Positions 9,845 through 20,273 of a stretch of 64,000 bases of DNA are shown here, piece by piece. The position numbers and the translations under genes were made by a program. Positions within the stretch are counted from its first letter, which is position 1. Each line of letters starts with the position of its first letter. The notes beneath the pieces were generated by a model. The model had not been told where the DNA came from. It worked only from the letters and a program-made list of their open reading frames with translations, and searched no databases. The stretch is from assembly GCF_055900595.2 (NCBI RefSeq), contig NZ_CM148325.1; one strand, given 5' to 3'.

Positions 9845-11386
9845 ATGCGTAAGATAACAACCGCCGAGACACTGGCGGCGCAAATTCAGGACGGCGCAAC
9901 CATTGCCATTAGCGGTAATGGCGGCGGCATGGTGGAAGCGGACCATATTCTGGCTGCTATTGAAGCGCGTTTCCTGCAAACCGGACACCCGCGCGATCTG
10001 ACATTAATCCACTCACTGGGCATTGGCGATCGCGACTGCAAAGGCACTAACCGCTTCGCTCATGCAGAGATGCTCAAACGCATCATTGCCGGACATTTTA
10101 CCTGGTCGCCCAAGATGCAGGATCTGGTGAAAAACAATGCTATTGAAGCCTACTGCTTCCCTGGTGGCGTAATTCAGGCACTGCTGCGGGAGATCGGTGC
10201 CGGACGTCCAGGGCTTTTTACCCACGTTGGGCTGGGATCGTTTGTTGATCCGCGCAACGGCGGCGGTAAGTCGAACGCTAGCAGCACTGAGGATCTGGTA
10301 GAACTGATTGAAATCGACGGTGAAACCAAACTTCGTTATCGCCCCTTCAAAGTGGACTACGCGATTTTGCGTGGCACTTATGCCGATCCGCGTGGCAACG
10401 TCAGCCTCGAAGAAGAGGCGATTGATATGGATAGCTATTCCATGGCGCTGGCAGCACACAACAGCGGCGGCAAAGTGTTCGTACAGGTGCGCGATGTGCT
10501 GGAAGCTGGTGCCATTGAACCACGCCGGGTCAAATTACCGGGCATTCTGGTTGATGGCATCGTTGAACACCGCGAACAACCGCAAACCTATCTTGGCGGT
10601 TACGACCTGACCATCAGCGGTCAGCATCGCCGTCTAAGTTCTAACGACGCAATTGAACTGGTTAGTCATCCGGTGCGCCGCCTGATTGCCCGTCGGGCAG
10701 CACGCGAACTGGTGGCTGGCGCTTCAACCAACTTTGGCTTTGGCATTCCCGGCGGCATTCCTGGGGTTGCACTGCGCGAAGGCGTGCCTTATCAAAGTTT
10801 ATGGCTGAGCGTAGAACAGGGTGTACATAACGGCATGATGCTGGATGATGCTCTGTTCGGCTGCGCCCGCAACGCCGATGCCATTATTCCATCACTCGAT
10901 CAATTCGAATTCTACAGTGGCGGAGGGATCGATATCACCTTCCTCGGCATGGGAGAGATGGATCAGTACGGTAACGTCAACGTCTCCCATCTCAATGGCA
11001 ATCTCATTGGCCCCGGCGGATTTCTCGAAATTGCGCAAAACGCCCGTAAAGTGGTGTTCTGCGGCACGTTCGACGCCAAAGGTAGCACGATTGATGTAAC
11101 ACCAGATGGCTTGCATATCGCCCAGTCAGGTCAAATCCCTAAACTGGTTACCCAGGTGGAAAAAATCACTTTTAGCGCCGCCTACGCACAGCAAAGCGGT
11201 CAGGAAGTGTTGTATATCACTGAACGTGCAGTATTCCAGTTAACAGCAGAAGGCGTTGAATTAATTGAAATCGCACCAGGTGTGGAGATTGAGCGCGACA
11301 TTCTGCCGCATATGGCCTTCCGTCCAATTATCAATCAGCCACGCCTGATGGAAAGTAGCCTGTTTACGCCGATGGAGGATGCATGA
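9845..11386 (+). CDS. Family-I CoA-transferase (fused alpha/beta, YdiF / propionate-CoA-transferase-like)
   Basis: 513 aa; N-terminus TAETLAAQIQDGATIAISGNGGGM and size match acyl-CoA:acetate/3-ketoacid CoA-transferases; RBS AAGGA. Confidence 0.75.
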   Translation: MRKITTAETLAAQIQDGATIAISGNGGGMVEADHILAAIEARFLQTGHPRDLTLIHSLGIGDRDCKGTNRFAHAEMLKRIIAGHFTWSPKMQDLVKNNAIEAYCFPGGVIQALLREIGAGRPGLFTHVGLGSFVDPRNGGGKSNASSTEDLVELIEIDGETKLRYRPFKVDYAILRGTYADPRGNVSLEEEAIDMDSYSMALAAHNSGGKVFVQVRDVLEAGAIEPRRVKLPGILVDGIVEHREQPQTYLGGYDLTISGQHRRLSSNDAIELVSHPVRRLIARRAARELVAGASTNFGFGIPGGIPGVALREGVPYQSLWLSVEQGVHNGMMLDDALFGCARNADAIIPSLDQFEFYSGGGIDITFLGMGEMDQYGNVNVSHLNGNLIGPGGFLEIAQNARKVVFCGTFDAKGSTIDVTPDGLHIAQSGQIPKLVTQVEKITFSAAYAQQSGQEVLYITERAVFQLTAEGVELIEIAPGVEIERDILPHMAFRPIINQPRLMESSLFTPMEDA

Positions 11387-13455
11387 GTCAGCTTGATGAC
11401 ACCCTCCTTGATGCGCTGACGCACGTCACTTTCCCGAAGGGTTTTGCACAGGCAGAACCCGCATGGGTTGTCACGGTAGACGGTGTTGATTACCCACTCT
11501 GGCAAACAGATGCCCTGGTAGTCGGCAGTGGTGCAGCCGGGCTGCGTGCAGCTGTGGAACTTAAGCGCCGCCAGCAAAATGTGCTGATCGCCACCGCCGG
11601 GTTATATATGGGGACATCGGCATGTTCTGGTTCCGATAAACAGACGCTGTTTACCGCCGCTACCGCGGGCAACGGCGATAACTTCGCCAAACTGGCAGAG
11701 GCACTGGCGAGCGGCGGCGCAATGGATCACGATACCGCTTATGTTGAAGCGGTTGGTTCCCTGCACACTCTTGGCGGGTTGCAATATCTTGGTCTGGAAT
11801 TACCGGAAGATCGCTATGGCGCAATTCTTCGTTATCAAACCGACCATGACGAAGCCGGGCGAGCAACCTCGTGTGGGCCGCGGACCTCAAGGTTAATGGT
11901 GAAAGTACTGCTGGAAGAAGTACAGCGTCTCGCCATTCCAGTGTTGACCAGTGCAACAGTAATTAAACTGCTGCATCAGCGTGACGAAAACGGTGAAGAC
12001 CGCGTGGCGGGGGCAATCCTCGCGACCGGTCATCGTGCCCATAACCCATGGGGGCTGGCAATTGTGACTGCGCCCAATGTGGTACTGGCAACAGGAGGGC
12101 CTGGCGAGCTTTATCGTGACAGTGTGTACCCACACAAATGTTTCGGCTCGCTGGGGCTGGCGCTGGAAGAAGGTCTGACGTTAACGAATCTGACCGAAAG
12201 CCAGTTTGGTATAGGCACGCCGCGCAGCACCTTTCCGTGGAATTTATCCGGGACTTATGTACAGGTGATCCCATACATCTATTCGGTGGATGCCGGGGGC
12301 AACGAGTATAACTTCCTCGCAGATTACTATCGCACCACCCAGGAGCTGGCTTCAAACATCTTCCGTAAAGGCTATCAGTGGCCGTTTCACGCCACACGAG
12401 TGATGGATTTTGGCTCCAGCTTGTTAGATATGGCAGTAGCGCAAGAGCAGCAATCAGGACGTCAGGTATTTATGGATTTCAATCGCAATCCTGAACCTGT
12501 GCCGGGTGACCTGCCGTTCTCATTAGATCGACTGGACGACGACGTTCGCGCGTATCTGGAAAATAACGACGCTCTGGCACCATCGCCCATCGAACGACTG
12601 CAACGAATGAATCCGCTGTCTATCTCGCTGTATAAGATGCACGGTTACGATCTCACCACGCAGCCATTGCAGTTTGCCATGAATAATCAGCATATGAATG
12701 GCGGCATTGAAGTGGATATCTGGGGGCAAACCTCCCTGTCCGGCTGTTTCGCCGTGGGGGAAGTTGCTGGCACACACGGCGTCACTCGCCCTGGTGGTGC
12801 GGCATTGAATGCCGGGCAGGTTTTTGCTGTTCGTCTGGCACGTTTTATTGGTTGCACGCAAAAACGTAATATTGATGGAGATATAGCACAGCTGGTAGCT
12901 CCGGCACTGGCTTCTATAAGAGAGATCATTACTCAGGCGCACGATAACGGGACCGGGATGCCGTTGTCGGTTGTGAGGGAAAAAATTCAGGCACGAATGT
13001 CTGACCATGCGGGATTTATTTGTCATGCCGATAAAGTCCGACGCGCCACTCGTGATGCCCTGCTATTGAACGAATTTGTGCAACGGCATGGATTGGCAAT
13101 CAAACATGTGGGTGAAGTTGCCGAGCTGTTTATGTGGCGGCATATGGCGCTGACTTCTGCCGCGGTATTAACACAATTAACGCATTATATTGATGCTGGT
13201 GGTGGTAGCCGTGGGGCGCGTATGGTTATTGATCCACAAGGCAAATGCCTACCACAAACTCGTCGCGGCGCAAAAGAAGAATGGCGTTTTCGCTCTGAAC
13301 TCGCTGAAGACAAAAATCACAAATTAACAATTCAATATTCGCAAGGTTCTTTTATTACCGAAGTAAAGTCTTTACGTATGCAACCGTGTATTAACGGTAT
13401 TTACTTTGAAAAAAACTGGCCAGACTTTTTAAAGGGAGACATTTACACACAGTAA
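11383..13455 (+). CDS. FAD-dependent oxidoreductase of the fumarate reductase/succinate dehydrogenase flavoprotein superfamily (soluble, stand-alone)
   Basis: 690 aa; ALVVGSGAAGLRAAVEL dinucleotide-binding motif after a ~45-aa N-terminal extension; C-terminal GEVAGTHGVTRPGGAALNAGQVFA resembles the FrdA/SdhA HGANRLGxNSL segment; start overlaps the CoA-transferase stop (ATGA). Confidence 0.8.
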   Translation: MSQLDDTLLDALTHVTFPKGFAQAEPAWVVTVDGVDYPLWQTDALVVGSGAAGLRAAVELKRRQQNVLIATAGLYMGTSACSGSDKQTLFTAATAGNGDNFAKLAEALASGGAMDHDTAYVEAVGSLHTLGGLQYLGLELPEDRYGAILRYQTDHDEAGRATSCGPRTSRLMVKVLLEEVQRLAIPVLTSATVIKLLHQRDENGEDRVAGAILATGHRAHNPWGLAIVTAPNVVLATGGPGELYRDSVYPHKCFGSLGLALEEGLTLTNLTESQFGIGTPRSTFPWNLSGTYVQVIPYIYSVDAGGNEYNFLADYYRTTQELASNIFRKGYQWPFHATRVMDFGSSLLDMAVAQEQQSGRQVFMDFNRNPEPVPGDLPFSLDRLDDDVRAYLENNDALAPSPIERLQRMNPLSISLYKMHGYDLTTQPLQFAMNNQHMNGGIEVDIWGQTSLSGCFAVGEVAGTHGVTRPGGAALNAGQVFAVRLARFIGCTQKRNIDGDIAQLVAPALASIREIITQAHDNGTGMPLSVVREKIQARMSDHAGFICHADKVRRATRDALLLNEFVQRHGLAIKHVGEVAELFMWRHMALTSAAVLTQLTHYIDAGGGSRGARMVIDPQGKCLPQTRRGAKEEWRFRSELAEDKNHKLTIQYSQGSFITEVKSLRMQPCINGIYFEKNWPDFLKGDIYTQ

Positions 13456-13547
13456 TTTTCAATATTTACTCTGTACCTGATTTTTATTGCCTATTACATG
13501 GAAATACCAACAACCAGGGTTTATTAATATAATTAAAAGGTTTAAAA

Positions 13548-14825
13548 ATGAATAAAATAAAGAATTATCGATGGCATATGATTGCCCTCGTATGCTTTAT
13601 CACTGTAATCAATTATCTGGACAGAACGGCGTTAGGTATTGCGGCTCCAACGATTATGGAGACAACCGGAATAACCAAAGAACAATATTCATGGATTGTC
13701 AGTGCATTCCAGTTGGCCTATACATTGGGGCAACCGGTAATGGGCTTCTTTATTGATACCGTGGGTCTGAAGTTAAGTTTTGCGATATGTGCCGCAATCT
13801 GGGGCCTGGCGACAATGGGGCATGCCTTGACAGGAACATGGTCAGGTCTGGCATTTATGCGCGCCCTGATGGGTTTCAGCGAAGCATCGGCAATTCCTGC
13901 GGGTGTAAAAACCGCATCAACATGGTTCCCGGCAAAAGAGCGTGGCGTGGCGACAGGTGTTTTCAATATGGGCACCTCACTCGGCGCGATGCTTGCTCCA
14001 CCGTTGATTGCCTGGTGCATTATGTTTCATAGCTGGCAATTTGCGTTTATTGTCTCAGGTAGCCTTGCTTTACTCGCGGCTTTATTTTGGTTCTTTTGTT
14101 ATAAAGATCCAAAAGATGCTAAACGCCTTTCTGATGAAGAGCGCCACTATATTGAGTCTGGGCAAGAACAGCATCTTAAAACAGATAAGAAAGAAAAAAC
14201 GTCAATCAAGCATATCCTCAGCCAACGTAATTTCTGGGGGATTGGCATCGCGCGTTTTCTCGCTGACCCGGCATGGGGAACCATTAACTTCTGGGTACCG
14301 ATTTTCTTCGTCGAAACGCTGCATTTTAGCCTGAAAGAAATTGCCATGTTCGTCTGGCTGCCTTTCCTGCTGGGCGATCTCGGCTGTTTAGCCAGTGGTT
14401 TTGTCGCGAAGTTCTTCCACGATCGCGGCGTGAGTTTAATTAACTCACGAAGAATTACCTTCACTATTGCAGCCGTCATTATGATGACGATTGGTCTGGT
14501 GAGTATTGTCGAAAATCCCTACATCGCCGTATTACTGATTAGCATTGGCGCATTCTCGCATCAATGTCTTTCTACTGTTGCAGCAACTCTGGGCGGTGAC
14601 CTATTCAAAAAAGACGAAGTAGCTACCGCTGTGGGTATGGCAGGAGCCTGTGCATGGAGCGGTCAGTTGATTTTCAACCTGTTTATCGGGGCATTCGTTC
14701 ACATTATTGGCTTCGCGCCGTTCTTTATTGCCCTGGCTTTCTTTGACATTATTGGTGCTATTGCGTTGTGGACGCTTATCAAAGTTAAAGATGAAGAACC
14801 ACAAGTACAGTTAGCTACCCACTAA
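13548..14825 (+). CDS. MFS transporter, anion:cation symporter (ACS) subfamily-like (ExuT/DgoT/GudP-type)
   Basis: 425 aa, about 12 TM segments; N-terminal RWHMIALVCFITVINYLDRTALGIAAP is characteristic of ACS-family organic-anion permeases. Confidence 0.8.
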   Translation: MNKIKNYRWHMIALVCFITVINYLDRTALGIAAPTIMETTGITKEQYSWIVSAFQLAYTLGQPVMGFFIDTVGLKLSFAICAAIWGLATMGHALTGTWSGLAFMRALMGFSEASAIPAGVKTASTWFPAKERGVATGVFNMGTSLGAMLAPPLIAWCIMFHSWQFAFIVSGSLALLAALFWFFCYKDPKDAKRLSDEERHYIESGQEQHLKTDKKEKTSIKHILSQRNFWGIGIARFLADPAWGTINFWVPIFFVETLHFSLKEIAMFVWLPFLLGDLGCLASGFVAKFFHDRGVSLINSRRITFTIAAVIMMTIGLVSIVENPYIAVLLISIGAFSHQCLSTVAATLGGDLFKKDEVATAVGMAGACAWSGQLIFNLFIGAFVHIIGFAPFFIALAFFDIIGAIALWTLIKVKDEEPQVQLATH

Positions 14826-14836
14826 TTATTTTAAAT

Positions 14837-14868
14837 AAAAACGCTATAATTGAGGTTATGGCGTTTTT
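14837..14868 (+). terminator. Intrinsic terminator after the MFS transporter gene
   Basis: Hairpin aaaacgctataa/ttatggcgtttt (one mismatch) with short loop, followed by a T-run, 12 nt past the stop codon. Confidence 0.55.
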
Positions 14869-15094
14869 AAAGAAGCTTGAGTTATCGAACCTAGCTTACC
14901 AACGCGTTGTCAGTCATCTCCCCCCTCCCTGGTGCATCGTTATATCCGTGATGAGCGATTTTTGATATTAATATCTTTCACCATCCGCTATTTTCACCAC
15001 TTCAGAAAACAAACTTATTTTTATTAATATCAATTCTTTTTCTTTGAACATTCAACTGCGATATTTGTAAAAATATTAAACAGGCAACAATAAA

Positions 15095-15889
15095 ATGACA
15101 TTACCAACAACTATTTATTCATTCCCCGCATATTTACCTCGTTTTTCGTCCACCGACAAACCAGCAAAACTAAAATTTCATCAATACGCACGCGCTACAT
15201 TACTGTCAAATCGTGGAAGAGATCATAATTGCGATGGCAGACGTACTGTTGAGATCCACAAACTAGATCTCTCAGACTGGCAAGCATTCAATAAGCTAGC
15301 GACGAGGTGTAATACTTACGATGGAATAACAATGAATGGTGATAATTCTTTTGGATGGAACCATGAAGCTACATTAGATAATATTCACGCCCAGAAATAC
15401 AATAAAGCTTACGCGGGTGCGCGGTTAACCGCAGAACTGAAATATTTATTGCAAGATGTCGAATCCTTCGAACCCAACAGTAAATACACAATACACGAAG
15501 TGGTTTTGGGACCTGGTTATGGTACTCCAGACTATACCGGCCAAACGATAGGATACGTTGTAACCCTTCCTGCCCAAATGCCTAATTGCTGGTCATCTGA
15601 ACTACCAACAATCGATCTTTATATCGACCAACTTCGCACTGTTACAGGCGTTTCTAATGCCCTCGGATTCATCATTGCTGCATTGCTAAACGCGTATTCT
15701 GATTTACCCCATGATTTGAAAATTGGTCTACGTTCCTTATCAAATTCAGCCGCAATCTACTCGGGTTTAGGTTTCGAGCGAGTGCCGCAGGACCGAGACA
15801 TAAGGAGTGATCGTATGCATCTAACGCCAGCAAACCATCCTGACTTATGGACACAAGAGAATGGTGAATGGATCTACTTGCGAAATTAA
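15095..15889 (+). CDS. yjfZ: Uncharacterised protein YjfZ
   Basis: 264-aa ORF, AT-rich, preceded by an AT-rich 270-bp intergenic region; size and position next to rplI match K-12 yjfZ. Confidence 0.75.
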   Translation: MTLPTTIYSFPAYLPRFSSTDKPAKLKFHQYARATLLSNRGRDHNCDGRRTVEIHKLDLSDWQAFNKLATRCNTYDGITMNGDNSFGWNHEATLDNIHAQKYNKAYAGARLTAELKYLLQDVESFEPNSKYTIHEVVLGPGYGTPDYTGQTIGYVVTLPAQMPNCWSSELPTIDLYIDQLRTVTGVSNALGFIIAALLNAYSDLPHDLKIGLRSLSNSAAIYSGLGFERVPQDRDIRSDRMHLTPANHPDLWTQENGEWIYLRN

Positions 15890-15911
15890 TGCCTGACGAA
15901 AAATAGAAAGC

Positions 15912-15938
15912 AAAACGCCGACCAATGGTCGGCGTTTT
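15912..15938. terminator. Bidirectional intrinsic terminator between convergent yjfZ and rplI (aaaacgccgacc-aatg-gtcggcgtttt)
   Basis: Perfect 12-bp stem whose A/T runs give a U-tract in both orientations. Confidence 0.75.
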
Positions 15939-15959
15939 TACGTCTCGTTGAATAACGAA

Positions 15960-16421
<462 letters not shown>

Positions 16422-16450
16422 TCAAAGTCGTATTAATGGACCGTGACCGA

Positions 16451-16997
<547 letters not shown>

Positions 16998-17003
16998 CAG
17001 AAA

Positions 17004-17520
<517 letters not shown>

Positions 17521-17726
17521 ACTCAAGGCCAGCCGACAAATAAATCTCATCTTTCACCAAATCGTACTAACACGCTGATTTGAAGTTCATCACACTTCAT
17601 CATGGTGTTTTTTTGAACAACTGCATCAGAAATGGTCACCATCCACTTCTTTATCATTGATTAAAATTAAATCAGAAGATCACCACAAGAGGAGAGCACA
17701 CAAAGTCAGCCGTCGAGGAGGTATCT

Positions 17727-18002
17727 ATGTTCAGCCGTGTTTTAGCCCTTCTGGCTGTGCTTTTGCTAAGTGCAAATACATGGGCAGCCATTGAAATTAA
17801 TAACCACCAGGCCAGAAATATGGACGATGTGCAAAGCTTAGGCGTGATTTATATCAATCATAATTTCGCCACTGAAAGCGAAGCGCGTCAGGCATTAAAT
17901 GAAGAGACAAATGCGCAGGGCGCAACGTACTACCACGTGATTCTGATGCGGGAACCGGGGAGTAACGGCAATATGCACGCCAGCGCGGATATTTATCGCT
18001 AG
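17727..18002 (+). CDS. yjfY: Secreted DUF1471 (YdgH/BhsA/McbA-family) protein YjfY
   Basis: 91 aa with N-terminal signal peptide MFSRVLALLAVLLLSANTWA; RBS GAGGAGG. Confidence 0.9.
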   Translation: MFSRVLALLAVLLLSANTWAAIEINNHQARNMDDVQSLGVIYINHNFATESEARQALNEETNAQGATYYHVILMREPGSNGNMHASADIYR

Positions 18003-18043
18003 CACCAGGTATAACCAACGAAACATTGCCATAGTTTGCTTTG

Positions 18044-18066
18044 CCCCCTTCTCAGGGGGCTTTTTT
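18044..18066 (+). terminator. Intrinsic terminator after yjfY (gccccc-ttctca-gggggc + TTTTTT)
   Basis: Perfect GC stem followed by a six-T run, read directly. Confidence 0.85.
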
Positions 18067-18075
18067 ATGCGCCAT

Positions 18076-18627
18076 TCAACGAATAACGACTTCCGGATCC
18101 GGCTCATGAGTAATGCGATTACGTAAGTCGCGGCGCATAATTTCTATTATCCAGAACCAGAAAATGTGCCCAAGGATTTCAGATGCATATTCGTCAAAAG
18201 GCAATTGAGTGAGCGGCGGCGTTAAATTCAGCGCCGGGCAAAATATACCGTGGACTGCCACTGTCACAATAAGCCCTGCTAATATCCCCTGCCATAATTT
18301 CACTTTCGGGAAAATTTCCGCGACCACACAATACCCTATCGCAAAAACCAGTGAGAAGATGATATGCGTCACCATCACCGGGTTGATAATATGTTCCGAG
18401 AATGTATACACAGTTTGGGTTGGGTCGATCCCTAAATAATCCCGTAGAAAGATATACGGCGGATTAAACTCATCGCGACCACCGGAAAATGTGCGCGGTG
18501 GCAAGGGAACTTCCGCTCCCCATTTAACAAATGCTGAAATAATTCCTGAAAGTACACCCACAAGTAACGCAACGCCATAACGGCGACGCTGCGGATCCGT
18601 TCTGACAAACAATCCGTTGATAGCCAT
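18076..18627 (-). CDS. Putative inner membrane protein, YagU/DUF1440-like
   Basis: 183-aa ORF with several hydrophobic helices; segments [37 protein letters not shown] resemble the YagU family as I recall it; I do not recall a gene at this position in K-12. Confidence 0.6.
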   Translation of the reverse strand: MAINGLFVRTDPQRRRYGVALLVGVLSGIISAFVKWGAEVPLPPRTFSGGRDEFNPPYIFLRDYLGIDPTQTVYTFSEHIINPVMVTHIIFSLVFAIGYCVVAEIFPKVKLWQGILAGLIVTVAVHGIFCPALNLTPPLTQLPFDEYASEILGHIFWFWIIEIMRRDLRNRITHEPDPEVVIR

Positions 18628-18723
18628 AAAAACACCTGTTGTTTATACGATTTTTTAACTGAAACGGCCCCGGAATCAGACCAATTACATCCCGCAGGAG
18701 GTAATAATTCCGGGGCGCACTGC

Positions 18724-19410
18724 TTACTTCTGCCCGTAATAGGCGTTAGGACCGTGCTTACGCATGAAGTGTTTATTCATGAGATAGCTGTCGATGTGAT
18801 TCAGTTGTGGGTTAATGCCGCGGGCAATCCACGCCATTTTCGCCACTTCTTCCATCACCACCGCGTTATGCACCGCATCGTGAGCATCTTTCCCCCAGGC
18901 GAATGGCCCGTGCTGATACACCACAATTCCCGGCGTATGCAGCGGCTCGGCGTCACCCAGCGTTTCGATAATCACTTTGCCAGTGTTTAGCTCGTATTCC
19001 CCCTGCACTTCTTCTTCGCTTAACCCGCGCGTACAGGGGATATCGCCAAAGAAGTAGTCAGCATGCGTGGTGCCTAATGCCGGGATCGCCAGCCCCGCTT
19101 GCGCCCATGCGGTGGCATGCGTGGAATGGGTATGGACAATGCCGCCAAGCGACGGATAACGACGGTAGAGTTCAAGATGCGTCGCAGTGTCGGAAGACGG
19201 ACGATACTCCCCTTCCACCACCTTGCCGCTCATATCAACCACCACCATATCGTTCGCTTTCATGCTTTCGTAGGCGACGCCGCTGGGCTTGATCACCACC
19301 AGCCCGCGTTCGCGGTCAATGGCGCTGACGTTGCCCCAGGTAAAGGTCACCAGCCCGTAATGCGGCAGATCCATATTGGCTTCAAACACCTGCTGTTTTA
19401 GCTTTTGCAT
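18724..19410 (-). CDS. ulaF: L-ribulose-5-phosphate 4-epimerase UlaF
   Basis: 228-aa class II aldolase/epimerase ORF at the end of the ula operon. Confidence 0.93.
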   Translation of the reverse strand: MQKLKQQVFEANMDLPHYGLVTFTWGNVSAIDRERGLVVIKPSGVAYESMKANDMVVVDMSGKVVEGEYRPSSDTATHLELYRRYPSLGGIVHTHSTHATAWAQAGLAIPALGTTHADYFFGDIPCTRGLSEEEVQGEYELNTGKVIIETLGDAEPLHTPGIVVYQHGPFAWGKDAHDAVHNAVVMEEVAKMAWIARGINPQLNHIDSYLMNKHFMRKHGPNAYYGQK

Positions 19411-20264
19411 TATGCCGCCTCCACCATGCCGGCTTTAGCCATGCGCGCTTTCACCCAATCACGCGCTTTCGCCACTTCTGCCGCCGGGTCTTCCGCCGTT
19501 TCGCTCCACATCTCAATCAGGTACGGCCCGCAATAGCCACTCTGTTTGAGCGTTTCAAAGCAACGTTCGAAATCCACTACGCCTTCGCCAAACGGCACGT
19601 TTTTGAAGACGCCTGGTTTGGTGTCTTTCACATGCACCGCGACGATATGCCCGATCCCGGCCTGCAACTCCATCTGCACGTCGTTATCCCACGCCGATAA
19701 GTTGCCGATATCCGGGTAGAGCTGGAACCACGGGTTGTTGAGATAGTGCGCGTAACCCAGCGCCTTGCTGATGGAGTTCATCAACGGGTAATCCATGATC
19801 TCCATTGCCAGCGTCACCTGCGCGCGGCTCGCCATCTCAACGCTCTCTTTCAGGCCGTCACGGAAACGACGACGCGTTTCGTTATTGGCTTCCTGATAGT
19901 AAACGTCGTAGCCCGCCAGTTGGATCACGCGAATACCGACATCCTGGGCGAACTGGATAGCTTTGCGCATAATCTCCAGCCCCTGCGCCCGCACTGCGTC
20001 ATCTTCGCTGCCCAGCGGGAAACGACGATGAGCAGAAAGGCACATGGATGGTACGCGCACGCCGGTTTCAACAATCGCGTTCACCAGCGCCAGACGCTGC
20101 TCGCGGCTCCAGTCAAGGCGCGAGAGGCGATCGTCCGTTTCATCTACCGACATCTCGACAAAATCGAAGCCTAACGTTTTTGCCAGTTGCAGCCGTTCCA
20201 GCCAGCACTCCCCGGCGGGGAGCGCTTTTTCGTAGATGCCAAGCGGGATTTGTTTGGACAACAT
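19410..20264 (-). CDS. ulaE: L-ribulose-5-phosphate 3-epimerase UlaE
   Basis: 284-aa TIM-barrel ORF; stop overlaps the ulaF start by 1 nt. Confidence 0.93.
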   Translation of the reverse strand: MLSKQIPLGIYEKALPAGECWLERLQLAKTLGFDFVEMSVDETDDRLSRLDWSREQRLALVNAIVETGVRVPSMCLSAHRRFPLGSEDDAVRAQGLEIMRKAIQFAQDVGIRVIQLAGYDVYYQEANNETRRRFRDGLKESVEMASRAQVTLAMEIMDYPLMNSISKALGYAHYLNNPWFQLYPDIGNLSAWDNDVQMELQAGIGHIVAVHVKDTKPGVFKNVPFGEGVVDFERCFETLKQSGYCGPYLIEMWSETAEDPAAEVAKARDWVKARMAKAGMVEAA

Positions 20265-20273
20265 ATCCGCTCC

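Noticed and set aside
11383-13455. Possibility that the accessory flavoprotein is a duplicated copy of frdA
   Set aside because: Protein sequences share only family-level motifs with the real frdA at 61701-63509, and the lengths and N-termini differ; it is a distant paralogue, not a recent duplication
6547-14825. Interpreting the TetR/CoA-pathway block as a mobile genomic island
   Set aside because: No integrase, transposase, IS remnant, flanking direct repeats or tRNA attachment site seen; GC content is backbone-like; more consistent with an ancestral locus lost from K-12
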